Shown: positions 50,745-60,864, counted from the stretch's first letter. The stretch is 64,000 bases of DNA from an uncultured candidatus Porisulfidus sp. (GCA_965199685.1 OZ241323.1:801940-865939), one strand, 5' to 3'. Translations and numbers: made by a program. Notes: a model not told the origin generated them from the letters alone.

Positions 50745-52340
50745 ATGTTTTTGATAAGCCAGAGGTTGCTTACCTTATTGGTAATACTGCCTGCCACCGC
50801 ATTGATCATTTCGTTTGTAGTGCCAGATACAGAAGTATGGAAACATTTAATTGATACGCATCTACTTAGCTACATCACAAACTCATTATTGCTTTGCATT
50901 GGTGTTGCGATAGTCTGCTTTGTCGTCGGCACCGCAGGGGCTTGCTTGTGCGTGATGTTCCGCTTTCCCGGACAACGTTTTTTATCGTGGGCGATGATAT
51001 TGCCACTGGCTTTCCCGCCTTATATCGTAGCCTACACCTATACTGGTATATTGGACTACGGCGGTTGGTTTAATACTTGGTGGCATTTAGAGTTAGGTTT
51101 GCCGGCACCGCCCATACGCTCCCTAACTGGGGCTATCTTGGTGATTAGTTTCGTATTATATCCTTATGTGTATCTGCTTGTTTATACGATTCTCGTGTCA
51201 CAATCGAGAAATCTGATAGATGTGGCTCGCCTGTGTGGCTTAAACGCAAAGCAAATCTTTGTGCGCTTGATAGTGCCGATAGTACGCCCAGCGGCGATTG
51301 CTGGCATTGCCATTGTGGCGATGGAATCTTTGGCAGATTATGCAACGGTGGAGTATTTCGGCGTACAAACATTGAGTGTGGGTATATTCAAGGTTTGGCT
51401 GGGGTTGGGTAGCCTCACTGGTGCTGCACAATTATCGCTCATCATACTGGTGTTCACCATATTGATAATCTCTATAGAAAAAAACGCAAGAAGGCGTATT
51501 TCTTATTATAACCAAGGCTCCCATCCGCCACTGCGGGCGATTTACTGTTTACGTGGCAACAAAGTCGTGATTGCATGGCTGATTTGTGGATTGCCGATTG
51601 CGTTGGGTTTCTTGATTCCGTTGTTGCAGTTGATTGTATGGGCCTATCGATACGGCACGGAAAGATTTGATGTCGGTTATTTGCAACTGATATTCAATTC
51701 GGTAACTTTGGGCTTGAGTGCAGCGTTGCTGGTGTTGTTCATTGCAACGATGATAGCATACGGTCAGCGTCTACATTCATCGCCCAAATGGCAGTGGCTT
51801 GATAAGCTGGCAACATCGGGTTATGCGATACCTGGCATAGTGATTGCTATCGGGGTGTTGATTGTAAACAGCACGATAGAAAGTTGGGTCAACAAAACTT
51901 TACTTTCTTTTAACTTTGCGTCTTGGGGGTTATTTTTGAGTGGCACGATTGCTGCATTATTGTTTGCTTATACCGTGCGTTTTATGACTTTAGGTTATAA
52001 CACGATTGCAAGTAGCTTGACAAAAATATCGCCTAATATAGACTATGCAGCGAGTTCGTGCGGGACAAGTAAACTGAAAACACTATGCCTGATTCATGTC
52101 CCACTGATACGCTCGGGCTTATTGAGCGCAGCGTTGTTGATATTTGCCGATGTAGTTAAGGAATTGCCTGCAACCTTAGTACTGAGACCTTTTGAATTCA
52201 ATACTTTGGCAATACGCACCTACGAATTGGCATCAACCGAGCGCATCAACGATATTGCGATTCCTTCTCTTAGTATCGTTGCCGTCAGCTTGCTTTCGAT
52301 CATATTGGTGGCACAACGTATTGCACCGTATAGAAAATGA
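50745..52340 (+). CDS. fbpB: Fe(3+) ABC transporter permease (duplicated permease domain)
   Basis: 531 aa; two tandem ABC permease domains. Confidence 0.8.
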   Translation: MFLISQRLLTLLVILPATALIISFVVPDTEVWKHLIDTHLLSYITNSLLLCIGVAIVCFVVGTAGACLCVMFRFPGQRFLSWAMILPLAFPPYIVAYTYTGILDYGGWFNTWWHLELGLPAPPIRSLTGAILVISFVLYPYVYLLVYTILVSQSRNLIDVARLCGLNAKQIFVRLIVPIVRPAAIAGIAIVAMESLADYATVEYFGVQTLSVGIFKVWLGLGSLTGAAQLSLIILVFTILIISIEKNARRRISYYNQGSHPPLRAIYCLRGNKVVIAWLICGLPIALGFLIPLLQLIVWAYRYGTERFDVGYLQLIFNSVTLGLSAALLVLFIATMIAYGQRLHSSPKWQWLDKLATSGYAIPGIVIAIGVLIVNSTIESWVNKTLLSFNFASWGLFLSGTIAALLFAYTVRFMTLGYNTIASSLTKISPNIDYAASSCGTSKLKTLCLIHVPLIRSGLLSAALLIFADVVKELPATLVLRPFEFNTLAIRTYELASTERINDIAIPSLSIVAVSLLSIILVAQRIAPYRK

Positions 52341-52350
52341 AGTTATAGAA

Positions 52351-53394
52351 ATGTTGGAACTACAAAACCTAAGCGTTGCGATTGATAAACAAACCATCGT
52401 TAAAAATGCCTCTTTGAATATTAAAACCGGCAAAATAGGGTGTTTGTTGGGACCTAGCGGTAGCGGTAAAAGCACTTTGCTTAGATGTGTCGCAGGCTTT
52501 CATCGTGCGTTGTCGGGTTCTGTTTATTTAGAGAATAATCTGATAGAAAGTCCGCAAAAACGGGTTGCCGTGGAAGCTCGGCGTATTGGCGTTATGTTTC
52601 AAGACTATGCATTGTTTCCACATCTAACTGTTGAGGAGAATATTGGCTTTGGTATTCATTCTATGGGACGACGCGAGTATCAAGTGCGCCTCAAGCGCAT
52701 GCTCAAACTAACTGAGCTTAGTGTTTATTCGGACTGCTATCCCAACGAATTGTCGGGTGGACAGCAACAACGCGTGGCATTGGCACGAGCACTTGCACCA
52801 CTACCTAAACTCCTATTATTGGATGAGCCTTTTTCTAATGTAGACAGCCAACTCAAGCTACAGATGGTACAAGAAATGAGAGAACTATTGATTGACATGA
52901 ACATTACCACTCTGATGGTAAGCCACGACCAAAGCGAGTCGCTGGCAATGTCAGATAGTTTGGGTTTGATGCTAGAAGGGCAGATATTGCAATGGAGCAA
53001 CACTTATGATTTTTATCATCGCCCGGTATCTCGCCAAGTTGCAACCTTCATAGGAATGGGTACTATGCTGCGCGGCACGCTCACCGAAAATAAAACCATC
53101 AAAACCGCACTGGGTGAATTGCTTCCTACACCGGACACCGTGCTTCCGCAAAGCAAAGAAGTTGATGTGCTAATTCGTCCCGACGATATAATCCACGATG
53201 ACGACAGCGACTTTCAAGCAACGATAAAGAAAAAAGAATTTAGGGGCGCACAGTTTCTTTATTTATTGCATCTAAAAAACGGTGATTATGTTCAGTGTTT
53301 TGCTCCCAGCCATCACGATCATAGCATTGATGAACAAATCGGCATTCGTGTAGATATGGAACATGTAGTATGCTTCCCAGCCGATCAATCGTAG
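52351..53394 (+). CDS. fbpC: Fe(3+) ABC transporter ATP-binding protein
   Basis: Walker A GPSGSGKST, signature LSGGQQQR; start at MLELQNL. Confidence 0.85.
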   Translation: MLELQNLSVAIDKQTIVKNASLNIKTGKIGCLLGPSGSGKSTLLRCVAGFHRALSGSVYLENNLIESPQKRVAVEARRIGVMFQDYALFPHLTVEENIGFGIHSMGRREYQVRLKRMLKLTELSVYSDCYPNELSGGQQQRVALARALAPLPKLLLLDEPFSNVDSQLKLQMVQEMRELLIDMNITTLMVSHDQSESLAMSDSLGLMLEGQILQWSNTYDFYHRPVSRQVATFIGMGTMLRGTLTENKTIKTALGELLPTPDTVLPQSKEVDVLIRPDDIIHDDDSDFQATIKKKEFRGAQFLYLLHLKNGDYVQCFAPSHHDHSIDEQIGIRVDMEHVVCFPADQS

Positions 53395-53397
53395 TGG

Positions 53398-53450
53398 TTG
53401 TGCCCATGCAATGGCATTACTTTTTCAACAGTCCCAAGCGTGATCCGTTA
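53398..53450. repeat. Truncated MITE end module (actttttcaacagtccc)
   Basis: Matches the terminal module of the repeat family. Confidence 0.5.
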
Positions 53451-53546
53451 GATTTAGTGAAGCGTAATTGTCTTCTAGTAGCCCTGCAAACGCAACATGG
53501 AGTTTAGCTGAGAAATTAAAAGCAAGGCAAATTGTCAAGCCAAAGG

Positions 53547-53559
53547 CTGATATAATCAG
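53547..53559 (+). promoter_or_regulatory. Extended -10 promoter element (TGaTATAAT) embedded in the palindrome CTGATATAATCAG, upstream of the small ORF at 53603
   Basis: TGn-TATAAT; the dyad symmetry suggests an operator-like site. Confidence 0.3.
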
Positions 53560-53602
53560 CTGACTGGTCAATAAAAGAGACGATTCAAATGGAGATAGGG
53601 TT

Positions 53603-53779
53603 ATGCGCTGCTTAGAATGTGGCAAAGAAGTTATACATTTAGACAATGAATATTTGGCACGATGTTGTGGCTTGACGCTACAAGAATACGCACTGCGCCA
53701 TAAATTGCCGTTGGATATACTCGTACCATCTTCACAAATCAATGCCACCGCCGACTTTGTTGTGGAGTCAACACATTGA
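53603..53779 (+). CDS. Small Cys-rich protein (CxxC...CC plus possible HTH), candidate R-M controller-like ORF
   Basis: 58-codon ORF with RBS GGAG 8 nt upstream; ends at a TGA that abuts the A9 tract and the methyltransferase frame. Confidence 0.35.
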   Translation: MRCLECGKEVIHLDNEYLARCCGLTLQEYALRHKLPLDILVPSSQINATADFVVESTH

Positions 53780-54670
53780 AAAAAAAACGCTATATATCAA
53801 GGAAATTCTCTAGATTTAATTCAAGGTGTAGAAAATGAATCCGTCCATTTAATCCTGAGTGATATTCCTTATGGGATTGGCACTGATGAGTGGGATATTC
53901 TCCATGATAATAGTAATTCGGCTTATTTAGGATCAAGCAATTCACAAAAAAAAGCTGGTAATATTTTTGATAAAAGAAGAAAACCGATAAATGGTTGGTG
54001 TAGAGCGGATCGTGAGATACCTAGAAAATATCAGGAATGGTGTTCAACATGGTCTCCCGAATGGTTTAGAGTATTAAAACCGGGAGCTAGTGTTTTCATA
54101 TTTTCTGGCAGAAGGCTTTCACATAGATGTGTTTGTGCTATGGAGGATGCCGGTTTCATTTTTAAGGATGCACTGGCATGGATAAAAACTCAGGCACCTC
54201 ACCGAGCGCAAAGATTAAGCGTGGTTTACTCTAGACGCGGCGATGAAAAATCCTCCCTAGCATGGGATGGATGGAGGATTGGTAACCTGCGTCCGATGTA
54301 TGAACCAATACTATGGTTTACCAAGCCATATAAAATTGGAGGCACAATAGCAGATAATGTATTAAAGCATGATGTCGGCGCATACAACGAAAAAGCATTT
54401 ATGAAATACGTTGATCAGCCTAATAATGTCATTAGTTGTAGTTTAGGAAAGAATGAGTCCGGCTTTCATCCGACTCAAAAATCTATTAGATTAATGCAGA
54501 TACTAATTGAATTGACTACAAAAAAAGATCAACTGGTTCTTGATCCTTTTGCTGGGAGTGGATCAACGTTGATTGCAGCAAAATTACTGGAACGTCAATA
54601 TCTGGGTTTTGAGCTAGATGCGAATTATGTAAACATTTGTAGAGACAGGCTGGTTCCAGATTTGTTTTGA
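53780..54670 (+). CDS. Beta-class DNA methyltransferase lacking an in-frame start codon as sequenced (possible phase-variable or decaying gene)
   Basis: In-frame translation from 53780 gives IYQGNSLDLIQ...SVHLILSDIPYG (motif IV) and a C-terminal DPFAGSGST (motif I); the first in-frame ATG is at 54140, downstream of motif IV. Confidence 0.65.
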   Translation, partial: KKNAIYQGNSLDLIQGVENESVHLILSDIPYGIGTDEWDILHDNSNSAYLGSSNSQKKAGNIFDKRRKPINGWCRADREIPRKYQEWCSTWSPEWFRVLKPGASVFIFSGRRLSHRCVCAMEDAGFIFKDALAWIKTQAPHRAQRLSVVYSRRGDEKSSLAWDGWRIGNLRPMYEPILWFTKPYKIGGTIADNVLKHDVGAYNEKAFMKYVDQPNNVISCSLGKNESGFHPTQKSIRLMQILIELTTKKDQLVLDPFAGSGSTLIAAKLLERQYLGFELDANYVNICRDRLVPDLF

Positions 54671-54673
54671 AAA

Positions 54674-55583
54674 ATGAAACAAATTAGTCAAAAGGCAATT
54701 AAGCGGAGAAAGCACTGGGTTAAGAAAATTGAATCTATTAGCGAAGATTTTAGTTCGGATACGGCTAGAATCCAAGAGGATCTGATGATTGAAATCAAAC
54801 GCGAAGGTATAAGCTCTTTGATTGATCATTTACGACTTTGTGCTGCAATTCCCGAGTCATGTGGCCACAATTCAACCGAAGAAAAATTATACTCCAAGTA
54901 CACGGATATTCTTATATCCGCCAGTTTCTCTCAAATAGGTCTGAAAAGTATAGTACTAGAATCAAGAGGCGACTCTGCAGATATTGAGGTAATTGCAAAT
55001 GTATAGTTTTGTAGCCGATGCAAAGGTCTTTCGTTTAAGCAGAACTGCAAAGAATCAGAAGGATTTCAAGATACAAGCAATGGATAACTGGAAGTTTGGA
55101 AAGCCGTTTGCAATGGTAGTTTGTCCACTTTATCAAATCCCATCAAAAAATAGTCAAATATATCAACAAGCAAGCGCGAGAAATGTTTGCATATTTTCAT
55201 ATTCTCATCTAGCGGTATTGGTATAGTTTGTTGAAGCTTATAGTAAAAACTCAGGAGAGAAATTGCTTTATGAAATCTTTGAAACAGTTAATTCAATGAA
55301 CCCCAGCAAGAGTGCAATTACATACTGGAATTTAATCAATAGAAAAATGTTATCTCATTCCGACCTTATACAAAATATTTGGAAAAAAGAGAAAATTGCA
55401 ACATTAGAAAGCATAAAAATTGCCAAAGTTGACGCATTGACATACTATGCAAAAGAGCGTGCAAAGATTATAAAAATGAGTAGAGATGAAGCGATTTCAA
55501 AGCTACTGGACGTGAGCAAGATAGAGAATCATGTTCAACAGGTAGAAGCTATATCAAACAATAATTTAATGGATTTAACATGA
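54674..55583 (+). pseudogene. Probable restriction endonuclease remnant in three ORF fragments (54674-55006, 54993-55226, 55263-55583)
   Basis: Combined length of about 303 codons immediately downstream of the methyltransferase; frame change near 55000 and an in-frame TAG at 55224; AT-rich. Confidence 0.35.
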
Positions 55584-55667
55584 AAGTATTAGAAGAAAAG
55601 GATATTAAAATTTGAGACTAAAATAGGGGAAGGTCAATATCAAATTGTCGATTGATTTTAATATATG

Positions 55668-55945
55668 GGGCTGTTGAAAAAGTGGTATTCCCCTCCAAAG
55701 GAGGGGAACGTACTAATGCAGATACTTTTTCAACAGTCCCATATTGTGTTCGTTAGAAACAGTAAGTATACCAGAATCAATCGGAGTGACACTGTGCAGA
55801 ACCTCAACAACCACTTCGTCAGATAGAACTGCCGATTGAGCCGGTAAGTCAATCGGCGTGACACTGTGCAGAGCTTCAACATGATTGCTAAACACATGTA
55901 TTACAAAATGCATAGGCCTGCCACCCCTCCAGAGGAAGGGAATTA
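55668..55945. repeat. Composite MITE-like repeat cluster
   Basis: Modules gggctgttgaaaaagt, cccctccaaaggagggg, gccgattgagccggtaagtcaatcggc, gcataggcctgccacccctcc; overlaps the fabI stop codon. Confidence 0.75.
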
Positions 55946-56731
55946 GTCAGTGGTTTTATACATGCCCAGCAAATGATAACCCGAATCTACATGTATGATT
56001 TCGCCGGTAATTGCTCGTGCTAGATCGGAACATAAAAAAGCACCTACATTTCCGACTTCTTCTATAGTAACATTTCTGCCTAGCGGAGCATTTTTTTCTA
56101 CATGATTCAGCATCTCGCGAAAACCAGATATGCCCGATGCTGCCAAAGTTTTTATAGGTCCTGCCGAGATTGCATTGACGCGTATTCCGTCGCTACCGAG
56201 TCCTGCTGCCAAATAACGTACCGCAGCTTCCAAACTGGCTTTCGCCAACCCCATCACATTGTAGTTCGGTACGACTTTTTCTGCTCCTAGATAACTTAAG
56301 GTTAACATTGCCGCTTCGCCGCCTTGCATCATCGTTCTTGCACGTTGTGCAAGTGCAACCAAGCTGTAGCAACTGGCTTCGTGTGCAGTGTTAAAGCCTT
56401 GTCTGGTACTTTGCTCTATGAATTCGCCTGCCAACTCCTCACGCGGAGCATAGGCGATGGAATGTACTAATATATCCAAACGCTGCCATTTTTGCTTTAG
56501 GTGTTTGAATAATGCATCTATTTCATCATCGTTTTGAGCATCGCACGGCAGTATCATATCGGCGTTGCACGCCTCGCCAAGTTTTTCTACTCTGCTTTTC
56601 AATTTTTCGTTTTGATAGCTCAGCGCAATATGTGCGCCTTCGCGCGCCAGACTTTGGGTAATACCCCAAGCGATAGAGTGTTTAGTTGCAACTCCTGTTA
56701 CCAAAGCATATTTATTTGCTAAGATACCCAC
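55943..56731 (-). CDS. fabI: Enoyl-[acyl-carrier-protein] reductase (NADH)
   Basis: SDR fold, Y-x6-K; GTG start. Confidence 0.9.
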   Translation of the reverse strand: MGILANKYALVTGVATKHSIAWGITQSLAREGAHIALSYQNEKLKSRVEKLGEACNADMILPCDAQNDDEIDALFKHLKQKWQRLDILVHSIAYAPREELAGEFIEQSTRQGFNTAHEASCYSLVALAQRARTMMQGGEAAMLTLSYLGAEKVVPNYNVMGLAKASLEAAVRYLAAGLGSDGIRVNAISAGPIKTLAASGISGFREMLNHVEKNAPLGRNVTIEEVGNVGAFLCSDLARAITGEIIHVDSGYHLLGMYKTTD

Positions 56732-56737
56732 TGATAT

Positions 56738-56968
56738 CTAAGGTCCGGGATTGTAGACCGAATGGTCGTGGAACCACATTCTAGCTACTTCGCGTGCAGC
56801 CGGCATGGTTTTTATCTCTTTATAGAATTCGTCTAGCAAATCATAATCGCCATCAAATTTTCCGGCATAAACTCTAAAATCTATATGGCCGTCCCAGGCG
56901 ATCAATATATCAGTTTCTTTGTCTAGAAAAATAATCGCACCTTTCTCTACGATTTCGCTGATGTGCAT
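56738..56968 (-). CDS. Hypothetical small protein
   Basis: 76-aa ORF tightly packed between fabI and the gltP-like gene; no recognisable family. Confidence 0.3.
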   Translation of the reverse strand: MHISEIVEKGAIIFLDKETDILIAWDGHIDFRVYAGKFDGDYDLLDEFYKEIKTMPAAREVARMWFHDHSVYNPGP

Positions 56969-56984
56969 CGTTGTGTGTTATGTG

Positions 56985-58262
56985 TTAGCCACGAACTCTT
57001 GCAAGGGCTTCTCCTTCGCTCCGTGCAATGATACCAACTGCGGTAGAGTCGCTATAGACATTAACGCTGGTACGGCACATATCGAGTATTCTATCTACCG
57101 CAAGAATTAGCGCAATGCCTTCTGCAGGCAAACCGACCACACCCATAATCAGGGTGATTGCAACCAAGCTGGCAGCTGGCACCCCAGCAACACCTATGGA
57201 GGTCAACAGTGCTAGTAGTACTATCGTAAATTGTGTTGCGAAACTCAAATCTACCCCATATAGCTGAGCGATGAAAATAACTGCAACACATTCGTAGAGG
57301 GCGGTTCCGTCCATGTTGATGGTTGCACCTAAAGGCATTACAAAACTTGTGACTTTTTTGGAAGCACCCACTCTGTTTTGCGCACAATTCATCGTGAGTG
57401 GTAATGTTGATGATGACGATGCGGTTGAAAAAGCCATCAGCACGGCAGGAGTCATCGCTTTCAAATATAAGATTGGATTGACCCGCGCAATGAGATAAAG
57501 CATCAGTGGCAGAATTATAAGAAAATGTATTGCCAAGCCCCCCAATACGGTTAGGAAAAATTGCAGTAATACCAAAAAGACTTCAAGCCCTGAGTCCATG
57601 ATTACTTTTCCAACCAAAGCAAAAACTCCATAAGGAGAGAATTTGATAATCCATAGGGTAATTTTCATCATGGTTTGATTGAAGGCATTCCAAAAGTTCA
57701 TCGTAGGACGTTTTAATGGTTTATCTATTTTAGTTATAAAAAAGCCGAATACTGCAGCAAAAAAGATGACACCCAGTAGTTGTCCTTCGGAGGCAGCCAT
57801 AAATATATTGCTCGGTATCATACGCAAAAAGACACCGAATAGGCTTGATGTATCATGCCCTTCCAATTTACTCATCACTTCTGAACTGTCGGTGGATAGG
57901 GCAGCGAGTTTGTTCAAACCGTCTTCCATAACGCCGGGTTGAAAGATGTTGACTAGCATCAATCCCACCAATATGGATAGGGTGCTGGTGACCAAATAAT
58001 AAGCTATGGTCTTAGCTCCCATGCGTGCAAAGCCGTGTTCGGCTGCAATGCTTGAAACTCCAACTATGATCGACGAGAAGACCAGCGGTATAACGATCAT
58101 TTTTAACGCGTTTAAGAATAGTTTGCCGAAAAAATCCATTACATCGTATATCACGATGCCGAATAATTCGGTTTGTGGGGTAGTCCAAGCACCAAGCAGG
58201 GCGGCAAGAAACAAGGCTATGAATATCTGGGTATGCAAAGGCATTCTATCGCTATTATTCAT
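56985..58262 (-). CDS. Dicarboxylate/amino acid:cation symporter (GltP/DAACS family)
   Basis: 425 aa; about 8 TM segments and re-entrant loops typical of SDF transporters. Confidence 0.85.
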   Translation of the reverse strand: MNNSDRMPLHTQIFIALFLAALLGAWTTPQTELFGIVIYDVMDFFGKLFLNALKMIVIPLVFSSIIVGVSSIAAEHGFARMGAKTIAYYLVTSTLSILVGLMLVNIFQPGVMEDGLNKLAALSTDSSEVMSKLEGHDTSSLFGVFLRMIPSNIFMAASEGQLLGVIFFAAVFGFFITKIDKPLKRPTMNFWNAFNQTMMKITLWIIKFSPYGVFALVGKVIMDSGLEVFLVLLQFFLTVLGGLAIHFLIILPLMLYLIARVNPILYLKAMTPAVLMAFSTASSSSTLPLTMNCAQNRVGASKKVTSFVMPLGATINMDGTALYECVAVIFIAQLYGVDLSFATQFTIVLLALLTSIGVAGVPAASLVAITLIMGVVGLPAEGIALILAVDRILDMCRTSVNVYSDSTAVGIIARSEGEALARVRG

Positions 58263-60144
58263 CTTCCTCGTCCAAATCTATGTTGATATTTATTTCGTAG
58301 AAATCTCGTAGGCTATCCAACACGGCTACCGATTCACGGTTTCTTAATGAATAAGTGACAGAAGTCCGTGAGGTTTCTACACCTGCATCAATGTCAAGTA
58401 ATTCTATAATAGCGTTTGCGTTATTATAGTTTCCGTCCAACTGTAGCGTCTGATAGATGGGTGGTTCATTAAACGGCGGAATATCGTAGACTACCTCTAC
58501 GATAGGGCGAGGGATAGAGGTCTCAGTCCGCTCTATATAACCAGGGTCTTCAAGTGTCCATTGGTTTTGTGCCGCAATTTCATCCAAAGTTGTGTCACCG
58601 GCCTTTATTTCCTCCAGCCACGCCTCGTTGTTTGCTTGGACTTTTTGATATGCTTGTTGGAGTATCAAATCTGTGACGATGTCTTGCATTGCTTCTTCAA
58701 ACGATAATTGACGCGAAGGTTCGGAACCAGTTATGCCTATGAAGAAAAATCTTTGTCCGGGCTCTACTTCGATTAAGCCAGTATTCGTTTTCCCGCCTTG
58801 TATTATTTCCGAAATTACCGCAGACCTGATTCTGGTATCTGCCAGAATGTTTTCCTGCTTACTGAGGTCTAAAAATCCGGTGCTTTGTTTAGCGTATCCA
58901 TAATTATTTTGGACTGCATTGAAAAATCCGATTTCGTCTTCAAATAAGAGTAGGTCAAGGTTTTCAACTAATCCGGCATAACGAATTTCAGCCATTCGAC
59001 GTTTCATGTCTCCGATTAATTCTTCACGCACTACTTCAAAGGGTTTTTGTTCGGCTGCAACGAGGTCTATGAGCTGAAAAATTTGTATACCGTATTGGGT
59101 GCGTATCGGGCGAGTGTATTCTCCTTGTGCTAATTGCAGCACAGCATTTCTCACCTCTTCGTTTTCGAGTTCTTCGGCAGTGAGTTCAGGAAGTTCACCA
59201 TCGCTTTCTGAAGTCAACTCATCGTCCGAGTAGGTGCGGACGAGTTCGCTAAAATCTGCACCTTCTTCAAGTTGTGAATAGATATCCTCGGCTTCTTCTA
59301 ATGCTGTAGCTGTGTCGCGATCTTCGGTTGATATTAGAATGTGCCGCAAATTGAATTTTTCAGGGTAGAGATAATCGTCGGAACGCTCCTCGTAATATTG
59401 TCTTGCTTCTTCGTCCTCAACTGTTTGCCGTGCTTCTATTTTTGCTATGTCAATCTCCAAATAATCAAATCTTGCTTTGTAAGGAGATTGGTATAGGCTT
59501 GTGTTCGCTTCGTAATACGCTTGCGCTTGTTCGGTATCAACACTATCGGGTTCTATAAAATAGTTATAGCTAACCGGCAGATAGCGCATTTTTCTCTTTT
59601 GATCGGCGAGATGGACATAACGTTTGCGTTCACTTGGTAAAATGAAACTTGAGCTTTGTATTGCCGATATAAACTGCTCTTCTTTTAATACCTCTCTTTG
59701 TGTTTGCTCAAAAGTAGTGGGTGTAAATCCGCTTCTAGCAAGTAGGTCTCTGTAAGTTTCTATATCGAAACGCTGGTTTTTCTTAAATTCTGGCCTGTTT
59801 CTGATAAATTCCGCAAGCTCAAAGTCAGTTGTTTGCAGACCGTATTTATCTATCGCTATATTGAGTAGTTGCTCGCTGACTAATTCGCCTACTACCTCGG
59901 TTTTGATTTCTTTATCAGTGAGTCCATGGTTGATTTGAGCCTGTTCCAACATTCTTTTTTTGTTGAGTAGGGCTTGTTCTACTTGAAATTCAGTAATCTC
60001 TCGGTCGTCAATCTCAATAGCAACAGGTGAACTATCCAAACCGAAGTATTGTTGTATACCCCATAAAGCGAAGGGGATGGATATCAATATAACGATTGCA
60101 TAAGCTATCCAGCCCGTTGCTTTATCTCTAATCTTTATAAGCAT
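58255..60144 (-). CDS. ppiD: Periplasmic chaperone / peptidyl-prolyl isomerase PpiD
   Basis: 629 aa; N-terminal TM anchor, SurA-like domains. Confidence 0.85.
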   Translation of the reverse strand: MLIKIRDKATGWIAYAIVILISIPFALWGIQQYFGLDSSPVAIEIDDREITEFQVEQALLNKKRMLEQAQINHGLTDKEIKTEVVGELVSEQLLNIAIDKYGLQTTDFELAEFIRNRPEFKKNQRFDIETYRDLLARSGFTPTTFEQTQREVLKEEQFISAIQSSSFILPSERKRYVHLADQKRKMRYLPVSYNYFIEPDSVDTEQAQAYYEANTSLYQSPYKARFDYLEIDIAKIEARQTVEDEEARQYYEERSDDYLYPEKFNLRHILISTEDRDTATALEEAEDIYSQLEEGADFSELVRTYSDDELTSESDGELPELTAEELENEEVRNAVLQLAQGEYTRPIRTQYGIQIFQLIDLVAAEQKPFEVVREELIGDMKRRMAEIRYAGLVENLDLLLFEDEIGFFNAVQNNYGYAKQSTGFLDLSKQENILADTRIRSAVISEIIQGGKTNTGLIEVEPGQRFFFIGITGSEPSRQLSFEEAMQDIVTDLILQQAYQKVQANNEAWLEEIKAGDTTLDEIAAQNQWTLEDPGYIERTETSIPRPIVEVVYDIPPFNEPPIYQTLQLDGNYNNANAIIELLDIDAGVETSRTSVTYSLRNRESVAVLDSLRDFYEININIDLDEEDE

Positions 60145-60181
60145 TTCTCTTTAACGATAATATCCGATTTTTGTTCAAATA

Positions 60182-60258
60182 TGGCGGAGTGGACGGGATT
60201 CGAACCCGCGACCCCCGGCGTGACAGGCCGGTATTCTAACCAGCTGAACTACCACTCC
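60182..60258 (-). tRNA. tRNA-Asp (anticodon GUC)
   Basis: Reverse complement GGAGTGGTAGTTCAGCTGGTTAGAATACCGGCCTGTCACGCCGGGGGTCGCGGGTTCGAATCCCGTCCACTCCGCCA. Confidence 0.9.
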
Positions 60259-60349
60259 TACAAAATGCTAATCATTGTTTTATACGCCGTAGATATCATG
60301 CCCTAATATCCATATCATAGTTCATCCCTAGCTTCCCGTTCCGCTCACT

Positions 60350-60424
<75 letters not shown>

Positions 60425-60437
60425 TATGGTCGGATAA

Positions 60438-60707
60438 TTAGTTCAGGGCATCTTTTAATGCTTTACCTGCCTTAAACGAAGGTCTTTTGCTTGCGCTGAT
60501 CTGAATACTCTCACCAGTTCTGGGGTTGCGTCCCATGCGAGCTTTGCTTTCGCGAACCATAAAAGTTCCAAATCCTACAATGGTCACAGATTGACCGTCT
60601 TTTAGGCTTCCAGTTATTGCAGATATCGTTGCATCTAAGGCTTTAGCTGCATCGGATTTTGATAGTCCGTTGCTGGCAATTGCTTCAACAAGTTCAGATT
60701 TATTCAT
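60438..60707 (-). CDS. hupB: DNA-binding protein HU-beta
   Basis: 89 aa; [11 protein letters not shown]..., arm GRNPRTGE. Confidence 0.9.
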   Translation of the reverse strand: MNKSELVEAIASNGLSKSDAAKALDATISAITGSLKDGQSVTIVGFGTFMVRESKARMGRNPRTGESIQISASKRPSFKAGKALKDALN

Positions 60708-60864
60708 TTTTGCTTAATCTCCTTAAGTAATAGTTAAATATAGTTAATATGAACCCTATTTGACATGTAGTGAAAGAAGGTTCTGCGAATTATTAAATAG
60801 CAATTTTAACAACAAAAACCTAAAAAAGTAAGGGAATATCACAAAATTTTATGAATTTACTCGT

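Noticed and set aside
53777-53779. TGA between the small ORF and the methylase as selenocysteine or programmed readthrough
   Set aside because: No SECIS-like hairpin follows. TGA is used as an ordinary stop throughout the window. The adjacent A9 tract plus TTG offers a simpler slippage explanation.
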